This document shows, one piece after another, positions 20,436-30,194 of a stretch of DNA of 64,000 nucleotides (position 1 is the first letter of the stretch; every line of letters starts with the position of its first letter). A program made the position numbers and the translations under genes. This DNA comes from Oligoflexales bacterium (GTDB lineage Bacteria > Bdellovibrionota_B > Oligoflexia > Oligoflexales > JAPPIL01). The notes under the pieces are model-generated. The model had not been told where the DNA came from and ran no database searches. It saw only the letters and a list, made by a program, of their open reading frames with translations. The stretch is from positions 480,001-544,000 of the forward strand of contig OZ244057.1 in the NCBI GenBank assembly GCA_965215515.1, read 5' to 3'.

Positions 20436-21434
20436 TTACAAGCGCGACGGGGCGGGCGCTGGGGTAACCGTTGCGCTCCACACGACCTTGACACTGTGTG
20501 TCTTAGCTGGCATGGCTGTGTTGTCGATGGTCAGGATATTGCCGCTGAGGGTGTAGGTAGCGGGGGGTAACATTTTTTCCTTGCCTCCGCTGGTGATATA
20601 AACTTTTGCTGATTTGTCAGGGTGAGTTTGCTGCAACACGAATCTATTTTGCAGTACCGCGTGGATATGCTGGGAAATTTTGCGCAGCGTGGCGCGGTAA
20701 TCCTTGCTATGTACGGAGTCGTAGTGTGCGAAGATATGCTTACCGTTATCGACTTTTTCCAGAAAATTTTTGCTGTCCTCAGTATTTATCAGCCCGTAAA
20801 CTTTGGCGGTAATACCGACAACTCTTATTTTCTGCAGATAACTGTGCAGTGCCGAGATATGGCATTCACGGTCGGCGAGGGGGCTGGGCACATTCAAGCC
20901 GCTGGTATCGACATCCCCGCACTTGCCGAGTTTAAAATTATCTTCGTCGGTGATAATCAACACCGCGACCGCCGAGTTGGCGCGTAACCATCCTTTGCCA
21001 CTACAGTCCTTCTGCAGACCGAGAATGGCGGCACGACTCGCCTGTTCGAGGAAAGTACCACCTGTGCCTAGTTTGCCTATTGTGGAGCGAAACGCGTGTT
21101 TGTAGTTAGGTGTTGCCGCACTGAATGTCTGGGGACAGTCGCGGGTATCGGTGGTTGTCAAGGCTATCTTCCAGTCGTTATCTGCCACCTCACCGAGCAG
21201 GACACCGAGCTTGTCAGCCAAACCACGGTGCACCTCAGCCATCGAATCGGAGTTGTCGATGACCAGCAAGATGTCGAGTGGACTGCGCCTCGCCTTGCCC
21301 AACAAAAACGACTCCTCATTATCTGCAATCGCTGGTGGCACAGGCTTACGTTTTCCTCCGATACCCTCCGACAGGAAAGTGATTTTGTTACAACCTGACA
21401 TCATCAACACGAGACAAAAACCGCACAGACGCAT
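20436..21434 (-). CDS. vWA-domain lipoprotein
   Basis: Lipobox MSGC; LDILLVIDNSDSM (DxSxS MIDAS), WLRANS..LIITDEDN. Confidence 0.8.
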   Translation of the reverse strand: MRLCGFCLVLMMSGCNKITFLSEGIGGKRKPVPPAIADNEESFLLGKARRSPLDILLVIDNSDSMAEVHRGLADKLGVLLGEVADNDWKIALTTTDTRDCPQTFSAATPNYKHAFRSTIGKLGTGGTFLEQASRAAILGLQKDCSGKGWLRANSAVAVLIITDEDNFKLGKCGDVDTSGLNVPSPLADRECHISALHSYLQKIRVVGITAKVYGLINTEDSKNFLEKVDNGKHIFAHYDSVHSKDYRATLRKISQHIHAVLQNRFVLQQTHPDKSAKVYITSGGKEKMLPPATYTLSGNILTIDNTAMPAKTHSVKVVWSATVTPAPAPSRL

Positions 21435-21605
21435 ACCAGCCACCTCGAACTTTCTCCACGCAGCACTGACATCGGCGAGCAAGTTTTTTTCTAAAGCAAA
21501 ACACGAAAGAAAATTAACAAATAACGCAAATTTTTTTGTAAAAATTTAAATTTGTGCTGAATTATCGTAAAGTACAGAGTCTTATGTACGAGAGAGGCGC
21601 TTTTT

Positions 21606-21989
21606 ACGAAAAATTTTGTCATGTGGGTTGCAATTATGCGACCGCGCGGGCAGAATGGATTCTGGAACTGCTACGAAGCTGCAAGTTTTTCTTTGTCGGC
21701 TGCATGGCGGGGGCTTTGTGCGGCGGTGGGTTTATCCCCCGCGCTCCCTTTGGGCTTTTGGCCTCTCCCGCGGGATTAGCATTTTTCTTTTCAATTTATT
21801 GAAGAAGTCTATGACAACGGCTACCATAAAATTGGAGTCTGCTCCGAAACCTACCACAGTGGTGAAACCATCCACCTTTTCCGTCCTTATTACCTCATCC
21901 TTCACAGGGCTGTCCTCCCACAAGATGGCGGCTTTGCTTTTCTCAAATGGCCGTTAACAAGACGTAACTTCAACGGGGAGGGTGAATAA
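21606..21989 (+). pseudogene. Probable degenerate small gene (ACG in start position, internal TAG)
   Basis: AGAGG RBS-like sequence, ACG at 21606, one in-frame TAG at 21777-21779, frame continues to TAA 21987-21989 at a terminator. Confidence 0.35.
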
Positions 21990-22003
21990 CCCTCCCTTTT
22001 TTT
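21976..22003 (+). terminator. Intrinsic terminator
   Basis: GGGAGGGT-gaata-ACCCTCCC followed by T7. Confidence 0.85.
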
Positions 22004-22124
22004 CTGGCAAAATCAAATACCTACATACTTGACAAAAGCACAAGAATATGGTAGGGTACGCCCCGTCGTATTGGAAATGCTTTCCTTTATTCTCAGCGTT
22101 TATCGTTAACTATTGAGTAATTGC

Positions 22125-22361
22125 ATGGAAGACCATACCGCTGCTGAGGCTCCTGTAAAACGAGTTAAGCAGCTCCCCCCGTCGGTGCTGAAGGATATCG
22201 AACTGAAAAACCACGCCCGCAGATTAGCCAACCTCGCTCCTATTAAAGTCAGGATTCGCCGCTGTATCTCTTGTCTGTCGCTGTTTGAATCGGCAGGTAA
22301 CAGAACTTGTGGTTGCAATACCCGTAGCACGGGCTACATCGCGGGACGCGAGATTATCTAG
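22125..22361 (+). CDS. Small Cys-rich, zinc-ribbon-like protein
   Basis: RRCISC..FESAGNRTCGC; upstream TTGACA-N17-TAGGGT promoter-like site at about 22030-22058. Confidence 0.65.
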   Translation: MEDHTAAEAPVKRVKQLPPSVLKDIELKNHARRLANLAPIKVRIRRCISCLSLFESAGNRTCGCNTRSTGYIAGREII

Positions 22362-22389
22362 CAGCTCGTGTGCTCCCCGCGGGTAAAAC

Positions 22390-23460
22390 CTAATCTCGGT
22401 CGATGATAACGGGTCGCTCGCATAGATAGTCGCTCAGCAGCGCAACCCACGAGGGATTGTCGTTGAGGCAGGGAATCAAGGTCAACTCTGTGCCTCCCCT
22501 CTCGATAAAATCAGCTCGTAAGCGCATGCCCACCTCCTCCAGCGTTTCGAGGCAGTCGGCGACGAAACTCGGACAGACGACGGCGAGGTGCTTAACCCCT
22601 TTTTGCTGTGCCAGTTCTTTCACTTTCTCATCGCTCCATGGCTTGATCCACGGTGTGCCTGCGAGACGAGATTGAAAGGCAGTGCTGTAAAAATTTGCAG
22701 GTAGCCGCAAGCTTTGGGCGACAGCACGAGTGGTCTGCAAACACTGTCGTCGATAGCACAACTTGTTATTTGCTGTCACCGTTGCACAGCAGTCGGGTGG
22801 GGTAGCGCGACAAGGCAATTGCCGTCGCGGTAAACCGTGATAGCTGAACAACACATAGTCAGTGGAGGGATTCTTTTGCAAATAATCAGCAATCGTAGTG
22901 CGCAGTGCCCGCTGATAAAAGGGCTGGTCGTAAAAATAGTTGACTACCCGCAGATACGGTATGTTTTGCTGACGAGCAACGACACGCAGTGCTGCTTCGA
23001 TAGCAGCGCCGTTAGCCGCAGATGAATACTGTGGAAACAGAGGCATGATGGTTAACCGTTCCACATCACGCGCAGCGAGTGCCGCAATCGCTTGTGTCAG
23101 TGACGGTTCACTGTAGCACATAGCTACCGCGGCAAAAATATGCGGCGGCAACTGCGCGTTAAGTGCACGCACCAAAGCGTGACTAAAAAACAACAGCGGT
23201 GAACCTTCCTCCTTCCAAATTTGGCCATAAGCAGCGCGAGAATTGCGGCTACGTAAAGGCACGATAAGTAAATTCACCAACAAAAAACGTAACACAGGGT
23301 TGATGTCAATAACGCGGCGGTCGGAGAGAAATTTACGCAAATAACTAGCCACCGACCATAGCCGCAACGACGCTGGTGAGCCGATGTTGATAAACAATAC
23401 ACCGTGACGCGGCAAAGCGGAAACACTCACGAAGAACATCCTCGCGTGGGACAAGAACAC
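22390..23460 (-). CDS. hemH: Ferrochelatase
   Basis: NIGSP, FLSDRRVI, PLFPQYS, FSYHGLP, FQSRL..WIKP, SFVADCLETLEE, PCLND; true start may be GTG 23430. Confidence 0.95.
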   Translation of the reverse strand: MFLSHARMFFVSVSALPRHGVLFINIGSPASLRLWSVASYLRKFLSDRRVIDINPVLRFLLVNLLIVPLRSRNSRAAYGQIWKEEGSPLLFFSHALVRALNAQLPPHIFAAVAMCYSEPSLTQAIAALAARDVERLTIMPLFPQYSSAANGAAIEAALRVVARQQNIPYLRVVNYFYDQPFYQRALRTTIADYLQKNPSTDYVLFSYHGLPRRQLPCRATPPDCCATVTANNKLCYRRQCLQTTRAVAQSLRLPANFYSTAFQSRLAGTPWIKPWSDEKVKELAQQKGVKHLAVVCPSFVADCLETLEEVGMRLRADFIERGGTELTLIPCLNDNPSWVALLSDYLCERPVIIDRD

Positions 23461-23462
23461 GA

Positions 23463-23489
23463 AAGGAGCGAGGACAGACCCCGCTCCTT
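23463..23489 (-). terminator. Probable intrinsic terminator after the beta-barrel gene
   Basis: Inverted repeat AAGGAGCG..CGCTCCTT, short T-rich tail on the minus strand. Confidence 0.6.
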
Positions 23490-23514
23490 AATCGGTTAGC
23501 TGCACTCTTGCTCG

Positions 23515-24582
23515 CTAGAAGAGTTGGTAGCTGAGTCTGGCCAGAACTGCCTTATACGCCTGCTCGCCCGACTTCTTGTTCCATTCCACTGTAACACCGA
23601 GAGAGTCGATAATCGAGATATTCGATACCAACCTACGCGTGGGATCGGAGAACGTACCGTCACCGAGTGGATGATACTGGGTGTAGGAAGTTACCGCATT
23701 AGGAATGATCGGCACATAATTCAGAATATTACCTTCATCAGCCCCCAAGACCTTGCCTAAACTAACCCAGCCTGTTTTCAGGGTTGCGCCAAAGCTTGCC
23801 ACGCTATCGCCGTCGAGATCAGCGTAGTCGTCACCATCATACTTGCCTTCCCACAGAGCACCGACACCGCCGCGCAATTGCAGTTCCATCTTCTTGCCAA
23901 ACACATCGGCACTGGCCCTTACACCGATACCAGCTGTGGCATCAGTCTGGCGTTTGTTCTTGCCATACTGTGCCCCGCCACCCTCGACGAACAACAACGG
24001 CATCGCGGGCGTATCTACCCCGACAGGAATACCCTGAACCAAGACAGCACGACCGACGTAGTCTTCCGTGCCCGTGTAGTCATCAGCACCGACCTCCTTG
24101 GTGTTGTTGGAAACAATCCTACCGCTGAGGGAAAGTTCCGCGAGGTGGCGGCTTAGGGTTGAGTCAAGTCCAATACCAGCGTTCAAGATGTCCGCCTTCG
24201 ACCCGTTGTCATAGTCGGCAAAGTTACCGAACAACGTGCCGCTAATATCCAGCTCCCAACCACCACCAAAATCAACCACCTTGGCGGTACCGACCTTCTT
24301 ATCGATCTCCTTGGAGCGTTTTTCGATGTCGGCGTTGGCAGCGCTGCTCACCGTGAACAACAACCCAGCAGCCGCGGCAGCCGTAAGAATCTTCTTGCCA
24401 AGATTACGGCTGTTGACCGCCAGCGAACTCTCACCGTTCAGCGCCGCCACCTTCTCGACCAACGGCTGATTGCGTAGCAACTGCTTGAGTTGCCTCGCAG
24501 CGTTTTTGCCCGTCCCTCCCTTGATAGCGAAGCCCTGCACGGACAACAACACTCCGCAGACAAAAATCCCGAAAAGCCTCAC
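23515..24582 (-). CDS. Outer-membrane beta-barrel protein with two tandem signal-peptide-like segments
   Basis: GGAGG RBS before GTG 24582, TTGACA at 24650-24645; SP1 MRLFGIFVCGVLLSVQGFA; internal KKILTAAAAAGLLFTVSSAANA; amphipathic strands; C-terminal ARLSYQLF. Confidence 0.8.
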   Translation of the reverse strand: MRLFGIFVCGVLLSVQGFAIKGGTGKNAARQLKQLLRNQPLVEKVAALNGESSLAVNSRNLGKKILTAAAAAGLLFTVSSAANADIEKRSKEIDKKVGTAKVVDFGGGWELDISGTLFGNFADYDNGSKADILNAGIGLDSTLSRHLAELSLSGRIVSNNTKEVGADDYTGTEDYVGRAVLVQGIPVGVDTPAMPLLFVEGGGAQYGKNKRQTDATAGIGVRASADVFGKKMELQLRGGVGALWEGKYDGDDYADLDGDSVASFGATLKTGWVSLGKVLGADEGNILNYVPIIPNAVTSYTQYHPLGDGTFSDPTRRLVSNISIIDSLGVTVEWNKKSGEQAYKAVLARLSYQLF

Positions 24583-24751
24583 GACATCCTCCCAAAGTTT
24601 GTGAGTTAGTTGACAGTGCGAGGTGTATTTTCTCTTTGCACGAATGTCAACAGTCTTTTTAAGTTTTTTGAAAAAATTTGCACACAGCAAAATTTCTTGG
24701 CGAGCTGCGTGCAGCGTGCTACACTACCAGCTTTTCACTGGAGTCTACCCG

Positions 24752-25594
24752 ATGAGTGCAGCTCCTCCGTTGGTGCGGCGTTTCGTCGCAGGCACGACGT
24801 GGCGGGATGCCCTGCCTCGCTGTAAGGATCTGGCGGCGCAGGGGATCAGGACGGCCCTTAACATCCTCGGTGAAGATTACCGCGGCGAGCGGGAGAGCCG
24901 TGCCGTGCAGCGCGCCTACCTAGATCTGCTTGCCCGTATGGAGGGCGACACCTCCTATCTGTCTATCAAGCTGACTATGCTCGGTCTCATGCACAGCGAG
25001 GAACTAGCTTGCGAATTGCTCGACGGCCTGCTGCAAGCCGCAGCGAGACACGGGGTGTTCGTGCGTATCGACATGGAAGGGTCGCGGTGGACGGAACAGA
25101 CCATCGCCATCTACATGCGCATGAAAAAAAAATTTCCCGCCCTCGGTATCGTTCTGCAGGCATACTTGAAACGTACCCAAGCCGATCTCGAACGCCTACA
25201 AGGTGTCGATGCAAAGGTGCGCCTGTGCAAGGGTGCTTACAAGGAAGCGGCGCAGATTGCCTGGCAAGACCTGCGGGACATTCGTAGTAACTACGCCACC
25301 CTCGCGGCGATGCTGCTGCGCAACTTCAGCGATACAGCCTTTGCCACGCACGATGACTTACTGATCGCACGGGTGCAAGAGCTAGCACGACAGCACGGTA
25401 CGCCCGCGGCACGCTATGAGTTTCAGATGCTGTACGGCATGCGCCGCCGCACCTGGCCACGCCTGCGCGCACAAGGCTACAATCTGCGCATCTATATCCC
25501 GTTTGGCAGCAACTGGTTTCCCTACTTCAGTCGGCGGTTATTGGAGCGGAAGGAAAACTTTTTCTTTCTGCTGCGCAACCTCTTCAAAGCATGA
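24752..25594 (+). CDS. Monofunctional proline dehydrogenase
   Basis: RFVAG, LGE, SIKLTMLG, VRIDME, LQAYL, RLCKGAY, ATHD, EFQMLYG, YIPFG..YFSRRL.ER. Confidence 0.92.
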   Translation: MSAAPPLVRRFVAGTTWRDALPRCKDLAAQGIRTALNILGEDYRGERESRAVQRAYLDLLARMEGDTSYLSIKLTMLGLMHSEELACELLDGLLQAAARHGVFVRIDMEGSRWTEQTIAIYMRMKKKFPALGIVLQAYLKRTQADLERLQGVDAKVRLCKGAYKEAAQIAWQDLRDIRSNYATLAAMLLRNFSDTAFATHDDLLIARVQELARQHGTPAARYEFQMLYGMRRRTWPRLRAQGYNLRIYIPFGSNWFPYFSRRLLERKENFFFLLRNLFKA

Positions 25595-26244
25595 AAATCC
25601 TGCGCCGTCTCTATGACTGGGTGTTGCGCTGGGCTGACACGCGTTGGGGGTTCCCTGCCTTACTCATTCTCGCCTTCTGTGAGAGCAGTTTTTTTCCTCT
25701 TCCGCCCGACGTATTGTTGATGCCGCTGGTGTTAGGAGCGAGTGAACGCTGGCTACTCCTCGCCACAGGCACGACGGTGGCTTCGGTATTGGGCGGTATG
25801 GTGGGCTATGCTATCGGTTTTTTCGCCTGGCAGACGCTAGGGCGGTGGTTGATCGAGAATGTTATGCGCATAGAGTTGGTCGCGGTGGCGGGACGTGAAG
25901 ATGTGCAGCTGCCAACCTATGTCGAGAAACTGCTTGGCATGCAACCAGCTTATCTGTTTCAGATTTTTGACGAGTGGAATGCATGGATCGTCTTCGCCTT
26001 CGGCCTGACACCGCTGCCATATAAGCTGATTACCATCGCGGCAGGCTTTGCCCAGGTCGACCTGTTAGTCTTTGTGTTCGCTAGTGTCGTGTCACGCGGT
26101 CTGCGTTTTTTCGTGCTGGCTTTCTTGCTGCACAAACTCGGCCCCCCCGCACAGACCTTCATCGACCGCCATTTCAACTTACTCGCCATCTCCTTCACCG
26201 TGCTGCTGTGTGGAGGGTTGCTCGTCATCGGCTGGCTGCTCTAG
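25591..26244 (+). CDS. YqaA/DedA-family membrane protein
   Basis: RRLYDWV, AFCESSFFPLPPD, TPLPYKLITIAAG, SRGLRFF. Confidence 0.9.
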   Translation: MKILRRLYDWVLRWADTRWGFPALLILAFCESSFFPLPPDVLLMPLVLGASERWLLLATGTTVASVLGGMVGYAIGFFAWQTLGRWLIENVMRIELVAVAGREDVQLPTYVEKLLGMQPAYLFQIFDEWNAWIVFAFGLTPLPYKLITIAAGFAQVDLLVFVFASVVSRGLRFFVLAFLLHKLGPPAQTFIDRHFNLLAISFTVLLCGGLLVIGWLL

Positions 26245-26462
26245 CATAGTACCCCCCCTCCCGTTGTTATTTACGATGTCTCAGGAAGGCTAATTTTGGT
26301 TGTTTAAGATGCGAAACTTAAAAAATACTTGCAATACTATACGAAGGCGGTGTACGTGTAACGCTTGTTGTTTTTATAAAACGGTAGCATAACCATTATA
26401 TGAAGGCACTTTTAAAAAAATAGCATCAGAAAGCGAAGTGATACTTGCTCAGGTTGGGGGTA

Positions 26463-29400
26463 ATGAAGGGTAAAGGGAAGAAAATCGCACATTTGCTCGC
26501 GGTAGTGTCTCTGCTGGCCAGTCCTGCGGCAGGGGATGATGAGCCGTCTGCCGCGAGTTCGCTTTTGGTGGAGGTCATTGCTGACGGCGATGCACTCAGG
26601 GGTGAGTTACTTACCAGCTTGCGTGGTCTGCAATATCCGCAGACGATCAACACCGCGGCCCTCGCCCCCGATACGGAACTGCTCGTGAGCATGACGGAAC
26701 GTGTGCTGCGCTGGAAGACGGCCCTCGAAGAGGCACTGCGTAACGCCTACGACACGGATAGCCGCGCTGCGGAACGCCCTGCCTATCTCGTCAATCTCTA
26801 CTTCGGCGTGTTGGCGAGCCTGATGCAGATGCGGCAGGTCGTTGTGCAGCATGTCGATTGGCGCACTATAGGCGAGCAGTTTACTCTGACTGTGCCGCTG
26901 GCATTGGTCTGGTCGCACAACCAAAGCCTGTCCCGCTTGTATGCTCAGCAGGTGCGAGTCGAGCAAGCGCTGGAAGAGGGGCAGGCACGCTTGCGCTTGC
27001 AGTCTGCTTTCGTCGATGGCTTGCAAATTGCCACACTCGCCTTGCGACCGAGCCGTACTAATCATCTCGCGGCGGTCAAATATCTTACCTATACCACGCT
27101 TTACAAGCAGTGGGTGCAGAACGAACACTATCGCGGGGCAGAAAAGACCACCCCACTACCGCCACTGCCGACACAGAGCGATGCTGGCTACGATCTCGGT
27201 TTGCGGGAAAGCATCATCGCCGAGCAGCGCGGGGCACATACTAGGCGGTTTCTGTTCGCCGCTTTGCTGGAAGCCCTACCGCGTCTGCAAGTGCCCGACA
27301 CGGGACTACAACGGCCGCTGCTGGCCAATTGGCCTCTCTACGAACAGCTGCAAGCGGCACATCCCGACATGACCGTCTTTACCACGCCTTCGTTGGCTCA
27401 GCAGGTGTATATCTTGCTGAACGACGAGCAGCGTGCCGCGCTGGCGGTCAACGACCGCGAGGAGATGCATCGCTTCATGCTGTTGGCGGAGCAGCTGTAT
27501 CTGCCGCTGGTACTGGAAAAGGATCTCCCCCGCGTTACCCTGCCTCTCGACGGTAGTGCTAACGCGGCACAGTTCTTGCGACAATTGCTGGTACGAGCAC
27601 GTTTCAGTGCCTTGCTCAATGCTCTGTCGCCGCTGCGTATTGCACGTGCCCAGGTCAAAACGCTGTTTGCCAGTCTGCAGGAACGGCAGACGACCATGCT
27701 TGCAGGCGGCGACAACCAAGAGGTCACCCGCTGGTACGAAACAGCTCACAAACGTATCCCTGAGATAAAGCGGCGCGCTCGCCTGGCATTGTTGCGGGAA
27801 GTGCTGTATGCGGCATGGAAGGTCGATACCGCCGAACGCAATGATGACGAACCGCTCAATGTGCAAATTCTGCGCCGTGCGTTGTTGCGCAGTATGTATG
27901 TCACCGACTTCAGCGGTGAATTTCAGCAATCGCTCGCGGCGATCTTGCAAACCAGAACCTACCCACAGGGCCGCGAGGTGTTTTTTAGCGAGCTTGCCCG
28001 TCATCTGCAACGTCTCACCCCCCAGTTCTCTCCCAGTGCTCAGGTTTTACGTCTCACCAGCCAAGACGACATCGTGCGCACTTACGTCAACCCTGCCCTC
28101 GCAGGAGCGGAGCTAGCAAGCGGCAAACAAGCCTGGCGAAGCGAAGCGGAGCGAGAGGGGGGAGCCGCCGCGCAGGCGGTGCAGCGCAAGACACTGCTTC
28201 ACCACATCACGCAGATCAAAGCACTGCTGCAGTACGGTTATTGGTTCGGCTATTTTTCTTCTCAAAATAACCCAAGACCGAGTATCGATGACTTACCTTT
28301 GAGTGCACGGCAGCGGGCTGATTACTGGAAGGAACTGCGTTTTGCTCACTTCGATCGCTATCCGTTCTTGCTCTTGTCCGTCGCGGCGAGTGAGGACAGG
28401 CGACCGTCGGCGACGGCAGTAAGCGCTGAAGCCTACGTCGAGAAAAAACAGTCGTTGTATAAAGTGCTTGCAGCCAAGCTGCGGGAGCGTGATCTGAGCC
28501 GTGTCGGCGATGAGGAAATCGCTAACTTCTGGCCGCTGATCGCCGAGGTGTTGGACAGTCAGCGGCAACGCATCGTCGTGGCATTACAAAAAATCGCGCG
28601 CGCCGATACGCTGCAAGACATCAAGCATCTCGCCGCCAATTCGCCTGTGGTGGCGATCGGGATGAAAGAGTTTGCCGCGCTTTATCCCTGGTATGAAAAT
28701 TTTGTGCACCGTTATCACCAACCTTCCAAGCTACAGCACAGTTGGGAACGTATCGATGTTACCTACGTCGGCAATTTTTTCACGGTCATTATCGGCTGGC
28801 ATCTCGGTGGTTGGTTGCTGCGCAAGTCCGTGCCGACCAGTTACTTGCTGCGCTATCTAACGCCAACCTTCGGGGCGATTTTGCCATATACCAATGCGTT
28901 GATGATGGCGTTTTGGTATGTGATTTTGGTCGATTATTTCGGGATCAAAGTTTGGCAAACTTTTGTCAGCAAACCGCGCAAGCTGGGTGAATTGCGGCAA
29001 TACTACTATCTCGGCGACCAAAAGGCGCAGTTTGTCAACCACACGTATCTCGATTATCTTGACATGGAAAAGACTTCACACATCTTCAATTATGGTCTTG
29101 AGGCGGCGATGCTCGGTCTTTTTGTCGGTTGGGCGGCTTACAGTCATCTCTTGCCTCACCTCGTGCCCAAGATAAAAGACGCTCGTCTACAACGTTTGTT
29201 TTCCCGCGTCGGTTTCAGAGACAAGAATGGTAAACCGCTCAGCGAGACAGAGGTGTCCTTTAACCGCGAAAACATCAAGGAGAGCGTGAGAGCGGAAATT
29301 GCTAATGTCGATGAAGCATGGCGGAAGGGGCAAATTTCAAAAAGATACGCCCAACAAGAAAAACATCAGATAGAGTTGGCACGTGATAAAATTTTCGCGT

Positions 29401-30194
29401 CGATGGCTAAAAAAGAGCGTGCTATCCGCGTCGCTGAGATTGAGCATACGCACGACTTTCGTGCCCTTGGCTTGCCAGACCCCGTCTTCAGTGCTGAGGA
29501 AATCAGTGCAGCACACGGAAAATTGGTAGGTTCTCTGCATGGCAAAAAAGATCTGTTATCCAATTTTGCCTGGCGAGATGCCAACACTGCTCTCATCAGC
29601 ATCCAAACATCGTTGCAGCGCCGCCTGAAGTTTCAGATCACCCGCCCTCGTGCCGCTGTCCACGCGGAGATCCGTCGTTTGAGTAAGGAGCATGCAGACG
29701 AGTTGCGGCTGTTTAGCATCGCCCCCAACAAAAGAAATACCTTCAGCCAGCGCACACTGAACGAAGTAGACAAGCACATCAACCAGCGTTTCACCCCCGC
29801 GCAACAGGTGGAAAGCAATCTAGAATTCCGTCGTTTCGATGAGGCGAGAAATGCCATCATCCGTGCTCTAGAGGAGTTGCACGCGTTTAGGATCGCCGAC
29901 GGTTGGCACAGTGCCATGTTTGAAGCGATTATCGAGCAGCGCTTCGGGAAAGTGGTGGGGGATAAAAGGCTGAAGGTGGAAGACGCTTTGCGAGGCTTGG
30001 GTATCGATATCGAAAAAACAGAGCTTGAGAGGCTGACGAAGGGGGAACGAGACGAAACGATCAAAAAAGCCTACAGAAAATTAGCGGTTAAATATCATCC
30101 CGATAAAAATCCGGGCGATAAAGAAGCGGAAGAAAAATTTAAAAAAATCACTGGACATTATAAATTTTTGAAAGAACATTATCAAATAAAATGA
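26463..30194 (+). CDS. Large exported/membrane protein with C-terminal DnaJ (J) domain
   Basis: Signal peptide [24 protein letters not shown]; about 3 hydrophobic segments around residues 770-900; C-terminal [28 protein letters not shown] with HPD at 30096-30104. Confidence 0.85.
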   Translation: MKGKGKKIAHLLAVVSLLASPAAGDDEPSAASSLLVEVIADGDALRGELLTSLRGLQYPQTINTAALAPDTELLVSMTERVLRWKTALEEALRNAYDTDSRAAERPAYLVNLYFGVLASLMQMRQVVVQHVDWRTIGEQFTLTVPLALVWSHNQSLSRLYAQQVRVEQALEEGQARLRLQSAFVDGLQIATLALRPSRTNHLAAVKYLTYTTLYKQWVQNEHYRGAEKTTPLPPLPTQSDAGYDLGLRESIIAEQRGAHTRRFLFAALLEALPRLQVPDTGLQRPLLANWPLYEQLQAAHPDMTVFTTPSLAQQVYILLNDEQRAALAVNDREEMHRFMLLAEQLYLPLVLEKDLPRVTLPLDGSANAAQFLRQLLVRARFSALLNALSPLRIARAQVKTLFASLQERQTTMLAGGDNQEVTRWYETAHKRIPEIKRRARLALLREVLYAAWKVDTAERNDDEPLNVQILRRALLRSMYVTDFSGEFQQSLAAILQTRTYPQGREVFFSELARHLQRLTPQFSPSAQVLRLTSQDDIVRTYVNPALAGAELASGKQAWRSEAEREGGAAAQAVQRKTLLHHITQIKALLQYGYWFGYFSSQNNPRPSIDDLPLSARQRADYWKELRFAHFDRYPFLLLSVAASEDRRPSATAVSAEAYVEKKQSLYKVLAAKLRERDLSRVGDEEIANFWPLIAEVLDSQRQRIVVALQKIARADTLQDIKHLAANSPVVAIGMKEFAALYPWYENFVHRYHQPSKLQHSWERIDVTYVGNFFTVIIGWHLGGWLLRKSVPTSYLLRYLTPTFGAILPYTNALMMAFWYVILVDYFGIKVWQTFVSKPRKLGELRQYYYLGDQKAQFVNHTYLDYLDMEKTSHIFNYGLEAAMLGLFVGWAAYSHLLPHLVPKIKDARLQRLFSRVGFRDKNGKPLSETEVSFNRENIKESVRAEIANVDEAWRKGQISKRYAQQEKHQIELARDKIFASMAKKERAIRVAEIEHTHDFRALGLPDPVFSAEEISAAHGKLVGSLHGKKDLLSNFAWRDANTALISIQTSLQRRLKFQITRPRAAVHAEIRRLSKEHADELRLFSIAPNKRNTFSQRTLNEVDKHINQRFTPAQQVESNLEFRRFDEARNAIIRALEELHAFRIADGWHSAMFEAIIEQRFGKVVGDKRLKVEDALRGLGIDIEKTELERLTKGERDETIKKAYRKLAVKYHPDKNPGDKEAEEKFKKITGHYKFLKEHYQIK
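28104..28155 (+). repeat. Single copy of the 39-bp element found at 2265-2417, inserted in frame
   Basis: GGAGCGGAGC-TAGCAAGCGGCAAACAAGCCTGGCGAAGCGAAGCGGAGC-GAG; 36/39 match to the reverse complement of unit A; encodes [18 protein letters not shown]. Confidence 0.9.

Noticed and set aside
24623..24751. N-terminal extensions of proline dehydrogenase and the barrel ORF across the divergent spacer
   Set aside because: The region holds promoter-like elements; RBS-supported starts are 24752 and 24582
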